Below, piece after piece: positions 9,954 to 18,754 of a stretch of DNA of 64,000 nucleotides (position 1 is its first letter; every line of letters starts with the position of its first letter). The stretch is from Deltaproteobacteria bacterium (lineage in GTDB: Bacteria > Myxococcota > Kuafuiibacteriia > Kuafuiibacteriales > Kuafuiibacteriaceae). Made by a program: the position numbers and the translations under genes. The stretch spans positions 672,001 through 736,000 of the forward strand of contig JAVJQW010000023.1 of NCBI GenBank assembly GCA_040218735.1, written 5' to 3'. The notes beneath the pieces are model-generated. The model was not told where the DNA came from. It made no database searches and saw nothing but the letters and a program-made list of their open reading frames with translations.

Positions 9954-11479
9954 GGGTCTTCCCGCTGGCGCTCGGCGAGGACGTCCCCCACCGCGAGGAT
10001 CAGATCGCTGGCGAGAAGCGCCGGCTCCCCCTTGTGCTTCGCGGCGAGATCCCCCGCGCGGGCGTGCAGCTGCGCGCCCCCGCGCGCGGCGAGCTGCGGC
10101 TCGACCCCCTGCGCGAGGAGCCCGCCGATGACCCCCGCGAGGACGTCCCCGGTGCCTCCGCTCGCCATACCGGAGTTCCCGGCGACGACGACGCCGACCT
10201 GCCCGTCCGGGCTCGCCACGACCGTCGACGCCCCCTTGAGCACCACGTGGGCTCCGGTCTTTCGGGCGAGCGTCGTCGCCGCGAGGACGCGGTCCGCCTG
10301 GATCGCCGGGGTGTCGAGGCCGAGCAGCGATCCCATCTCCCCGGGGTGCGGGGTCAGGATGGTCGGGGCCTCGCGAGCGGCGAGCCACTCGACGTCGGTG
10401 CCGAGCGCGACGAGGGCCCCCGCGTCGACGAGCGCCGGTTTGCGCGACGCCTCCAGGACCTGTCGCACCAGCTTCTTCGTGGTCTCGGTCGGCGGGAGCG
10501 ACGGGCCGATCACCAGCGCCGTGCGCGTCGCGAGCGCCGCCTCGAGCTCCGCGACCCCCGCCAGCGATAGCCCCATCAGCTCGTCGAGCTGCCCGGCGAT
10601 GCGCTCGATCGTACGTGCGTCGCTCCCCACCGTGACGAGCCCCGTCCCCGCGCGCAGCGCCGCGCGGCCCGCGAGCAGCGCCGCCCCGGGGCGATCCGGG
10701 ACCCCCGCGACGATCATCAGGTGGCCGTACGTCCCCTTGTGCGTGTCGGCGCCGCGCAGCGGGACGGCGAGGTCGATCTCGTCGTCGTCCACGACCTCCG
10801 CCCAAGGCTCGACGTCGGCGAGGCGCGAGGCCGGCAACCCGATGTCGACCGCGCGAAGCTCACCGGCGTACGCGCGGCCCGGGTAGAGGACGTGACCGAG
10901 CTTCGGATGTTGGAACGTGACCGTGAGATCCGCCTCCACCGCGACGCCGAGCACCTGGCCGGTGTTGGCGTCGATACCGGAAGGGATGTCCGCGGCGACG
11001 ACGCACAGCCCGTCGAACCCGAGCGCACCGATCGCGGCGGCGTACATGCCCTCGACGGGGCGGTCGAGCCCCGTGCCGAAGATCCCGTCGATCACGTAGC
11101 TCGCCTGCTCGGCGAGCGCACGCAGGCGCGAGCCGACGACCTCCCCCTCCAGGAACGTCGCGTCCAAGCCGAGCGCCGCGGCGATCTCCAGCTCGGCGAG
11201 CAGATCCCGCGACAAACGCTGCGGGTCCCCGAGGACGACGAGCTCCACCGGCAGCCCGCGCTCGACGAGGTGCCGCGCGGCGACGACGGCGTCACCGCCG
11301 TTGTTCCCGCGCCCGGCGACCGCCAGGACCAGACCGGGCTCGTCTCGCCAGAGCTGATAGACGGCTTCGGCGACCGCGCGTCCGGCGACCTCCATCAGGA
11401 CCATCGACGGGATGCCCACGTCCTCGATGGCGATGCGATCCAGCTCGCGCATCTGTTCACGCGACAGGAGCGTAGTCAT
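9950..11479 (-). CDS. nnr: bifunctional NAD(P)H-hydrate epimerase/dehydratase (YjeF, NnrE-NnrD)
   Basis: MRELDR..IPSMVLMEVAG, GRGNNGGD, DGIFGTG, DIPSG, THKGTYG, LTPHPGEM, VVLKG, MASGGTGDVLAG. Start trimmed to ATG 11479. Confidence 0.95.
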   Translation of the reverse strand: MTTLLSREQMRELDRIAIEDVGIPSMVLMEVAGRAVAEAVYQLWRDEPGLVLAVAGRGNNGGDAVVAARHLVERGLPVELVVLGDPQRLSRDLLAELEIAAALGLDATFLEGEVVGSRLRALAEQASYVIDGIFGTGLDRPVEGMYAAAIGALGFDGLCVVAADIPSGIDANTGQVLGVAVEADLTVTFQHPKLGHVLYPGRAYAGELRAVDIGLPASRLADVEPWAEVVDDDEIDLAVPLRGADTHKGTYGHLMIVAGVPDRPGAALLAGRAALRAGTGLVTVGSDARTIERIAGQLDELMGLSLAGVAELEAALATRTALVIGPSLPPTETTKKLVRQVLEASRKPALVDAGALVALGTDVEWLAAREAPTILTPHPGEMGSLLGLDTPAIQADRVLAATTLARKTGAHVVLKGASTVVASPDGQVGVVVAGNSGMASGGTGDVLAGVIGGLLAQGVEPQLAARGGAQLHARAGDLAAKHKGEPALLASDLILAVGDVLAERQREDP

Positions 11480-11563
11480 CGAGGCGGGCGTAGCAGGACG
11501 GGGCGGCGGAGTCATTCCTCGCCGACGCTTGCGTGTCGCGCCGGGGATACGGTACGCGCTCGG

Positions 11564-14236
11564 ATGATGCGTTGGGTCGTTCCCTTCCTGCTCGTCCTCG
11601 TCGCGTGCGACGTGGAGCCACGCGACGAACCGACACCGACCACGACGGCGGACGCGGGTCCGAACGACCGCGACGGCGGCGTGCGCGACGGCGGCTCGGA
11701 CTGCCGCCTCGGACAGGTCACGTGCGGCGCGAACGAGTTCTGCACCTCGGACGGGATCTGCGTCGCACGAAACCGCGGGTGCACCTACTCCGCGGACTGC
11801 GCGGCGGGCGACGTGTGTGTGAAGCCTTTCGTCGCGACGAGCACCGTCAACCCCGGCGCCTGCGCGGCGCGACCGAACGGGTGCTCCACCGACGCCGAGT
11901 GCGGCGGCGGCCGGTGCCTCGGGGTCGGCGTGTGTGGCCCGCAGGCGGACCGCTTCGAGGTCAGCGGAACGTCCCCCGTACCGGTGCTCGCGTGCAGCGA
12001 CGACCGGGTGTGCGGACCCGGCTCGGTGTGCCGCGGGACGGAGTGTGGGCGCTGCCAGGAGGACGACGACTGCCCGCGCCGGCTCGCGTGCGGCGCGGAC
12101 GGCTACTGCGCGGAGCAGCCGAGCTGCCTGTCCGACGACGACTGCTACGAGGGCAACGTGTGCGGGCTCGACGCGCTGTGCGCGCGGCCTTCGATGGGGT
12201 GCCCTTCGGACGCCGGCAACGACTTCGCGTCGGGGGCGATCGTGCTTTCGGACGGGTGGTACGGCGAGGGCTCGATCTGCGGCGACGACGTGGACTGGTA
12301 CACCGTCGACATCCCTCATCTGTATGGGGCGTTCGTGGTGGTCACCGCGACGAGCGCCTACGCGACGCTGGACGTCGAGATCGAAGCGCCCTCGGAGACG
12401 ACGGGCTTCGTGCGGACGCTGGACCTGCCGAACGTGGTCGCGTTCGCGGTGCCGCAGGTGTTCCTCGACGATCCGGACGGATCGGCGTCGCTGTACTTCT
12501 CGGTGGCGACGCTCGACGTGAACGCGGACTACACCGTCGAGGTGATCGCGGACCGTCGCGGGTGTGCGGACGCGTTGGATCTGTATGGGGACCGCGCGGA
12601 GCACGCGTTGGCCGCGCCGCCGAACGTCGCCTTCGAGCGCATCGCGTGCCCGAACGGCGCGGACCGCGTGGCGGTCGACGCGCTCGACGGGGACCAGGTG
12701 ATCGTGAGCGGGGCCTGGACGTCGTCTTCGCTGGACGTCGACTTCTTCCTGCGCGCGTCGGGCGGTGAGCTCCTGACGACGACGCCGACCGTCGCGAGCA
12801 CGTCCGAGGAGACCGTGACGAGCAACGTGCTGGGGGCGGCGGATCGGCTGACGGTCGAAGCGCAGACGCGTTTGGCGCCGACGGCGGGCACGACCTACAC
12901 GATGTCGGTCACGCGCGACCTCGGGACGCGCGAGGCGGTGTGTCAGAACCCGGCGGATCTGATTCTATCGAATGGAACGGCGTCGTTCATGGACACGTTC
13001 ACGGGGGCTTCGAACCTCGGGCGGCCGGCGTGTGAGCCGGTCGAGTTCTGCGCGGGCGCGCTGTGTGAGACGTACGCGGCGTACGACCGGCGGGATCGTC
13101 TGTACCGCGTGGAGCCGCCGATGGTGCCGGCGGTGCTGACGGCTTCGGTGCGTCCTTTGGATCGGGCGGCGGTGCGGATGAGCGTGGCGTTGCTGTCGAC
13201 GTGCCTGGACGACGCTTCGGACGTCGTGTGCAACTCGTCGCCGCTGGTGCGGAACGGGACTTCCTTCGAAGCGCAGCTGACGGAGGCCGGGCCGGTGTTC
13301 TTGATGGTGTCGAGCGACGGGGAGATCGAGGACTTCGACTTTCAGCTCGACGTGACGGTGGAGCCGATCGCGCCGCCGCTGAACGACGTGTGTTTCGACG
13401 CTTCGGAGCTCGCGACCTCCGGCGCGCAGCGCGTAGCTACGTACGGCGCGGCGAACGACGACCAGCTCCGCGAGACCGGGATCTGCGGGCTCGCGACGTA
13501 CGGCGCGGGGCCGGATCGGTTCTACCGAATGACGTTGGGCGCTCGGGAGCGTGCAGCGGTGGAGCTGACGGGTCCGCAGGGGGGGTACCTGTGGGCCGGT
13601 ACGAGCTGCGCGGCGATGACCGAGACCTGCACGACGGCGGCGACGATCGAGACGGACTTCACGCAGCCGGTGGCGATCACCACGTTCGAGCCCGGGGTGG
13701 ACCAGACGTTCTACGTGGCGGTCGACGGGCTGACGCGCGTGATCGAGGGGACGTGGACGCTCCGAACGATCCGAGAGCCGCAGCTGCAGTGCCTCGACGA
13801 CGACGACTGCGCCTCGCCGCTACGCTGCGACGACTACGCGTGCCGGCCGGTGCCTCCGTCGGACGTGTGCCCGGGTCAGGCGGTCACGCTGACGGACGGA
13901 TTTGTGTCGATCCAGGGGAGCACAGGGGCGGCGACGGACGACTACGCGGTCATCAGTCGCGGAGCGCCCGACGTGGTGTATGCGGTGACGCTCCCGGCCG
14001 GAGTGACGGAGGCGGCGTTCCGGATCTCGGACGCCCGCTTCGACCCGCTGCTGTCGGTCCGACGCGGGAACTGCGCTTCGGATCCCGCGGAGGTGATCGT
14101 CGACGACGTTCGGTATCCCGACGTGCTGCTCCCGGAGGTGCGCCTCGAAACGCCACCGGCCGGGACGTACTACGTGATCGTGGACGCGTTCGCGGGCGAG
14201 GGGCCGTTCACGTTGGAGATCGAGACGGCGCAGTAG
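11564..14236 (+). CDS. large Cys-rich lipoprotein with pre-peptidase C-terminal (PPC)-like beta-sandwich domains
   Basis: Lipobox LVLVAC; multiple C..D.DC......C...G.C repeats; PPC-like motifs ICGDDVDWY, GPDRFY, FYVAVDG, PDVVY, GTYYVIVDAF..GPFTLEI. Confidence 0.75.
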   Translation: MMRWVVPFLLVLVACDVEPRDEPTPTTTADAGPNDRDGGVRDGGSDCRLGQVTCGANEFCTSDGICVARNRGCTYSADCAAGDVCVKPFVATSTVNPGACAARPNGCSTDAECGGGRCLGVGVCGPQADRFEVSGTSPVPVLACSDDRVCGPGSVCRGTECGRCQEDDDCPRRLACGADGYCAEQPSCLSDDDCYEGNVCGLDALCARPSMGCPSDAGNDFASGAIVLSDGWYGEGSICGDDVDWYTVDIPHLYGAFVVVTATSAYATLDVEIEAPSETTGFVRTLDLPNVVAFAVPQVFLDDPDGSASLYFSVATLDVNADYTVEVIADRRGCADALDLYGDRAEHALAAPPNVAFERIACPNGADRVAVDALDGDQVIVSGAWTSSSLDVDFFLRASGGELLTTTPTVASTSEETVTSNVLGAADRLTVEAQTRLAPTAGTTYTMSVTRDLGTREAVCQNPADLILSNGTASFMDTFTGASNLGRPACEPVEFCAGALCETYAAYDRRDRLYRVEPPMVPAVLTASVRPLDRAAVRMSVALLSTCLDDASDVVCNSSPLVRNGTSFEAQLTEAGPVFLMVSSDGEIEDFDFQLDVTVEPIAPPLNDVCFDASELATSGAQRVATYGAANDDQLRETGICGLATYGAGPDRFYRMTLGARERAAVELTGPQGGYLWAGTSCAAMTETCTTAATIETDFTQPVAITTFEPGVDQTFYVAVDGLTRVIEGTWTLRTIREPQLQCLDDDDCASPLRCDDYACRPVPPSDVCPGQAVTLTDGFVSIQGSTGAATDDYAVISRGAPDVVYAVTLPAGVTEAAFRISDARFDPLLSVRRGNCASDPAEVIVDDVRYPDVLLPEVRLETPPAGTYYVIVDAFAGEGPFTLEIETAQ

Positions 14237-14292
14237 ACGTCCGATTATCGGACCTTCTCGTTCGGTTTTCGGACGACGTTCGATTATCGGAC
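14237..14292. repeat. three imperfect 16-bp direct repeats with internal dyad symmetry (CGTYCGRTTWTCGGAC)
   Basis: CGTCCGATTATCGGAC 14238-14253, CGTTCGGTTTTCGGAC 14259-14274, CGTTCGATTATCGGAC 14277-14292. First copy is the perfect palindrome GTCCGA-TTA-TCGGAC. Confidence 0.75.
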
Positions 14293-14350
14293 GATCGGCT
14301 TCGCTGGCTTGGGCGTCGCCGGTGGCGCGGGCCTTGCTCTTTCGGTGCGC

Positions 14351-15460
14351 GTGACGAACACGCCGCACGACGCGTTGTTCAAGCGCTTGTTTGCACGACC
14401 GGAGCACGTTGCGGACGAGGCGCGAGCGGTGCTTCCGGCGGAGGTCTCGGAGGCGATCGACTGGTCGACGCTTCGCCGCGAGCGCGCGGAGGTCGTCGCG
14501 CCGGAGCTGGGGCGGCGGCACACGGACATGCTCTACCGCGCGCGGCTGCGGGGTTCGGACGCGGAGGCGGCGGTGTGGCTCGCGTTCGAGCACCGGAGCC
14601 GTGGGGACCGCTGGATGCCGCTGCGGATGCTACGGACCGCGGTTCTCGAAGCAGACCGCTACCGGGAGAGCCACACGAAGGCGAAGCGGCTCCCGCTGTT
14701 CCTCCCGATCGTCGTCTCCCACGGACCTCGGTGGCGGGGCCCCGTTCGCTACTCCCAGCTGACGGCGGGCGCGCCCGCGCTGAAGCGAGCGCTGGGGGCG
14801 CGGATGCCGGAGCTGGAGCTGATCGTCGACGACCTCGCGGGGTGGGACGAACCGGGGCTCGCGCGGCGGACGTCGTCGGCGTTCCTGCGGCTGGGGCTGT
14901 GGGCGCTCCGCGGGCGAGGCGCTCCGGCCACCGACCGGGTTCGGGCGTGGATCGACGAGATCCGCCACCTCGCGGACGCGGAGGACGACGACGCGCTGGA
15001 GAGTGTCCTGCGGTATCATGCACTGGTCGCGGAGAGCACCGCGGAGCTCGCGGCGGCGCTGAAGACGGTGCCGCGAGGAGAGGAGGTCTACGTGGCGACG
15101 ATCGCGGAAGGGTACTTCAACCGGGGCCGAGAGAAGGGCCTCCAGGAGGGCATCGAGCAGGGCATCGAGAGAGGCATCGAGCAGGGCCTCCAGGAAGGCA
15201 TCGAGCAGGGCATCGAGAGAGGCATCGAGCAGGGCATCGAGCAGGGCATCGAAAGAGGCATCGAACGCGGGCTCGAGCTCGGCCGCAGCGAAGGCCGCGC
15301 CGACGTCCTTCGCACGCTCCTGGAGAAGCGCTTCGGCCCCCTCCCCGTCGAGTTCGTCGAGCGCCTCTCCGCCCTCACGAACGGCGCGTTCGAGCGCTAC
15401 GTCGAGCGCGCGATCAGCGTCGACCGGATCGAAGACGTCTTCGACGCCGACGGAGACTGA
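14351..15460 (+). CDS. Rpn/YhgA-like recombination-promoting nuclease (putative transposase_31 family)
   Basis: N-terminal PHDALFKRLF..PE, IDWSTL, TDMLYR, FEHRS..D.WMPLRMLR, LP...PIVVSHG; C-terminal (E/Q)GI(E/Q) repeats and LLEKRFG.LP helix. Confidence 0.88.
   Translation: MTNTPHDALFKRLFARPEHVADEARAVLPAEVSEAIDWSTLRRERAEVVAPELGRRHTDMLYRARLRGSDAEAAVWLAFEHRSRGDRWMPLRMLRTAVLEADRYRESHTKAKRLPLFLPIVVSHGPRWRGPVRYSQLTAGAPALKRALGARMPELELIVDDLAGWDEPGLARRTSSAFLRLGLWALRGRGAPATDRVRAWIDEIRHLADAEDDDALESVLRYHALVAESTAELAAALKTVPRGEEVYVATIAEGYFNRGREKGLQEGIEQGIERGIEQGLQEGIEQGIERGIEQGIEQGIERGIERGLELGRSEGRADVLRTLLEKRFGPLPVEFVERLSALTNGAFERYVERAISVDRIEDVFDADGD
15092..15460 (+). CDS. candidate in-frame small Rpn product (RpnS-like intragenic antitoxin), 122 aa
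   Basis: AGGAGG at 15081-15086, 5-nt spacer, in-frame GTG at 15092 giving MATIAEGYFNRGREKG.., which resembles the MTIAE start of small Rpn C-terminal products. Confidence 0.55.
   Translation: MATIAEGYFNRGREKGLQEGIEQGIERGIEQGLQEGIEQGIERGIEQGIEQGIERGIERGLELGRSEGRADVLRTLLEKRFGPLPVEFVERLSALTNGAFERYVERAISVDRIEDVFDADGD
15125..15295 (+). repeat. 12-bp coding tandem repeat (GGCATCGAGCAG/GGCATCGAGAGA) encoding G-I-E-Q/R tetrapeptides
   Basis: About 14 degenerate tetrapeptide units GREK GLQE GIEQ GIER.. GLEL GRSE within the Rpn C-terminus. Confidence 0.9.
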
Positions 15461-15461
15461 A

Positions 15462-17825
15462 TCACCGCGCCGCGGTCGGCGGCACACTCGTCGGGATCCG
15501 CTCCGGCACGCTCTGCTCCCGCTGCACGCGCAGCGCCTTCAGCACGTCCATCGGCCTGAACGGCGTCCGCCGCAGCCGGATCCCCACGGCGTCGAACACC
15601 GCGTTGCTGATCGCCGGGATCGCCGGGTGCAGCGGGCCCTCGCCCGCCTCCTTTGCGCCGTACGGGCCCTTCGGATCGTTCGACTCCACGATCAGCGATT
15701 GCAGGTCCGGCGTGTCGACGGTCGTCGGCATCTTGTAGTCGAGCAAGGACGGCGCGCGGTGCAGGCCGGTCCCCATGTGGAAGTCCTGCACCTCCATGAT
15801 CGCCTCGGCCGCGCCCATGTACGCCGAGCCTTCCATCTGCCCTTCGACCAGCACCGGCGCGAGCGCCTTGCCGCAGTCGTGTGCGATCCAGATCTTCTCG
15901 ACCTTGATGAACCCGGTCTCCTCGTCGACCTCGACCTCCACCACGTGCGCCGTGAACGAGTACGCGGGCGACGCCCCGATCGTCCCGCCGCGGTACGATC
16001 CGCCGAGCTTCTCGGTGCGGTAGCTGCCCGTCGACGCGAGCGAGCCGAACTTCGCCTCCGCCAGCTGGTACGCCTCCGCGATCGGCATCGACTTCGAAGT
16101 GTCCTGCGTCCACATCGCCATCCCGCCCGCGAGCTGCACCGACTTCGGCTTCACCTCCCAGGCCTCGCCGACCGCCTCCTGGATCTGCGCCTTGAGCTTC
16201 TGACACGCCTCGATGGCCGCGTTGCCGACCATGAACGTGCCGCGGCTCGAGTACGCACCGAGGTCGACCGGCGTCAGGTCGGTGTCCGAAGAGAACACTC
16301 GCACCGCGTCGAGCGGCGCGCCGAGCTCCTCCGCGGCGATGTACTGCAACAGGGAGTCGGAGCCCTGCCCGATGTCGGACGCTCCGCAGTGCACCGCGAT
16401 CACGCCGCTACGATCCACACGCACCATCACGCCGGACTGCGGCATCTCGTTCGGATAAATCGGGTACGCGGTCCCGCTGATGTACATCGACCCCGCGATC
16501 CCCAGCCCACGCCCGCGCGGCAGCTTGCCGTAGCGCGCACGCCAACCGGACGCCTCCTCGACCGCATCGAGGCACTGCAGGAATCCATTCGATGTAATCT
16601 TCTGCCCGTTGACGGTCTCGACGTTCTCGCCGATGAAGTTCTTCCGACGCAACGCGATCGGATCCATCCCGAGCTTCTCGGCCACCTCGTCGAGCTGAAC
16701 CTCGAACCCGAACCGCGGCTGCACACTCCCGTGCCCTCGCTTCGGCCCGCAGCACGGCTTGTTCGTGTACACACGGGTCGCGTCGAACGCGTAGGTCGGG
16801 AAGTGGTACGGCCCGGTCAGCAGCTGCCCCGCGTAGTACGCGGTGACGAGCCCGAACGAAGAGTACGCGCCACCGTCGATCAGGATCTTCGAACGAACGC
16901 CGGTGAGCGTGCCGTCCTTCTTGGCCCCCGTCGCAAACGTCATCAGCATCGGGTGCCGACCGCGGTGCGAGTAGAAGACCTCCTCGCGCGTGTAGAGGAG
17001 CTTCACCGGCCGCCCCGTCTTCATCGCGAGCTTCGACACCACGAACTCGAGATCGAACGGCTCGCTCTTCCCGCCGAACGCCCCGCCGAGCGCCGGCTGG
17101 ATGACGCGGATCTGTGACTGCTTCAGCCCGAGCACCTTCGCGAGCTCGCGGTGCAGGTAGTGCGGCACCTGCGTCGACGACGTCAGCGTGAGGAGCCCGA
17201 CGCCGTCGCCCGTCTCCTCCGCCCACTGCGCCACCGCGCAGTGCGGCTCGATCGGCGCGTGTGTCGTGCCCTCGAAGAAGTACTCGTCCTCGACCACCAC
17301 ATCGGCCGACGCGAGCGCCTCGTCCAGATCGCCGAACGCGAGGTCGACGCGCTTCGACACGTTGCCCTTCTTCTCGACCTGCCGCGCGTTGTAGTCGTGG
17401 ATGATCAGCTCGCGCTCCTTCACCGCCTCCAGCGGATCCAGGAGCGGGCGCAGCACCTCGTACTCGACCTCGATGAGCTTGAGCGCTTCGTTCGCCGTGT
17501 CCTCGTCGAGCGCCGCGACCGCCGCGACACCGTCCCCGACGTACCGCGCCTTGTCCGCCGCGAGCGCCTGCTCGTCCGGCGTCCAGGGGATGATGCCGTA
17601 GCGCGTGGGCATCTCGGCGCCGACGACGACGCCCTTCACGCCGGGGAGCGCCTCGGCCTTGGAGGTGTCGACACGAAGGATGCGCGCGTGGGCGTGGGGG
17701 CTGCGGAGGATCTTCGCGTGCAGCATCCCCGGCAGCTGGATGTCGTCGGCGTAGATCGCCTTTCCGGTGGCTTTGGCGTTGCCGTCGACCTTGCGGTGAC
17801 GACCCCCGATGACCTCGCTGCTCAT
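15462..17825 (-). CDS. xanthine dehydrogenase family molybdopterin-binding subunit (4-hydroxybenzoyl-CoA reductase alpha-like)
   Basis: KATGKAIYADDI.LPGML..LRSPHAHA, GGAFGGK, CGPKRGHG, DIGQGS, GAYSSR, VEGQMEG, GAKEAGEG. Start trimmed to ATG 17825. Confidence 0.92.
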   Translation of the reverse strand: MSSEVIGGRHRKVDGNAKATGKAIYADDIQLPGMLHAKILRSPHAHARILRVDTSKAEALPGVKGVVVGAEMPTRYGIIPWTPDEQALAADKARYVGDGVAAVAALDEDTANEALKLIEVEYEVLRPLLDPLEAVKERELIIHDYNARQVEKKGNVSKRVDLAFGDLDEALASADVVVEDEYFFEGTTHAPIEPHCAVAQWAEETGDGVGLLTLTSSTQVPHYLHRELAKVLGLKQSQIRVIQPALGGAFGGKSEPFDLEFVVSKLAMKTGRPVKLLYTREEVFYSHRGRHPMLMTFATGAKKDGTLTGVRSKILIDGGAYSSFGLVTAYYAGQLLTGPYHFPTYAFDATRVYTNKPCCGPKRGHGSVQPRFGFEVQLDEVAEKLGMDPIALRRKNFIGENVETVNGQKITSNGFLQCLDAVEEASGWRARYGKLPRGRGLGIAGSMYISGTAYPIYPNEMPQSGVMVRVDRSGVIAVHCGASDIGQGSDSLLQYIAAEELGAPLDAVRVFSSDTDLTPVDLGAYSSRGTFMVGNAAIEACQKLKAQIQEAVGEAWEVKPKSVQLAGGMAMWTQDTSKSMPIAEAYQLAEAKFGSLASTGSYRTEKLGGSYRGGTIGASPAYSFTAHVVEVEVDEETGFIKVEKIWIAHDCGKALAPVLVEGQMEGSAYMGAAEAIMEVQDFHMGTGLHRAPSLLDYKMPTTVDTPDLQSLIVESNDPKGPYGAKEAGEGPLHPAIPAISNAVFDAVGIRLRRTPFRPMDVLKALRVQREQSVPERIPTSVPPTAAR

Positions 17826-17904
17826 GCGGTCGAAACTAAGGGCGCCGAGAACCTCCAGGCAAGCGTCCTGGCCGTGGCGCGCGGCCTTTGCCAGGATGCG
17901 CCGC

Positions 17905-18735
17905 ATGTCCGCGGACCGCCCCGACGGTGTCTTCGACGCCTGGATTCAACACCCCACGCCCGCGTTCCTCGGCCACGAGATGTTCGCCTCGCTGCGCCGG
18001 TGGATGAAGATCGATCGCGTCCCGGACGAGATCCCGCTCGACCTCACCCGCGCGATGCTCGACGCCGCCGGGGTCACCCGTGCCGCCATCACCGCGTGGT
18101 ACGGCCCGGACGATCCGCTGATCGACAACGACGAGGTCGCAGCGTTTGCGCGCCAGGATCCGGACCGCCTGATCCCGATCGCCTCCGTGGATCTGCGGCG
18201 CCCGATGGACGCCGTCCGTGAGCTGCGACGCGCCGTCGAGGAGCTCGGCTGCCGCGGCCTGCGGATCCTCCCCTGGTTGTGGGGGCTCCCGCCGAACGAC
18301 CGCCGCTACTACCCGCTCTACGTCGCGTGCATCGAGCTCGGCATCCCGTTCTGCCTGCAGGTCGGCCACGCCGGTCCGCTACGGCCGTCCGAGCCCGGCC
18401 GCCCGATCCCCTACCTCGACGAGGTCGCCTGTGACTTCCCGGAGCTCACGATCGTCGCGGGCCACATCGGCTACCCGTGGACGAACGAGATGATCGCGCT
18501 CGCGTACAAGTACGAGAACGTCTACATCGATACGTCAGCGTACAAACCCAAGCGCTTCCCGCCCGAGCTCGTGCAGATGATGAAGGGGTCGGGGCGGCGC
18601 AAGGTTCTCTTCGGGAGCAACTACCCGATGATACCCCCGGCGGACTGCCTCGCCGAGGTCGACGCCCTAGGCCTCGACGACGACGCGCGCGCGCTGTTCC
18701 TGTTCGGCAACGCGACGCGCGTCTTTGGCGGCTGA
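17905..18735 (+). CDS. amidohydrolase family protein (amidohydro_2)
   Basis: DAWIQHP, YYPLY..C.ELGIP, QVGH, FPELTIVAGHIGYPW, NVYIDTSA, VLFGSNYP. Confidence 0.88.
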   Translation: MSADRPDGVFDAWIQHPTPAFLGHEMFASLRRWMKIDRVPDEIPLDLTRAMLDAAGVTRAAITAWYGPDDPLIDNDEVAAFARQDPDRLIPIASVDLRRPMDAVRELRRAVEELGCRGLRILPWLWGLPPNDRRYYPLYVACIELGIPFCLQVGHAGPLRPSEPGRPIPYLDEVACDFPELTIVAGHIGYPWTNEMIALAYKYENVYIDTSAYKPKRFPPELVQMMKGSGRRKVLFGSNYPMIPPADCLAEVDALGLDDDARALFLFGNATRVFGG

Positions 18736-18754
18736 GGCCGACGCTCGCGAGGAA

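Noticed and set aside
14237-15295. Repeats near and inside rpn as a possible CRISPR array or IS ends
   Set aside because: No unique spacers of constant length, no cas genes, and no terminal inverted repeats flanking the gene.
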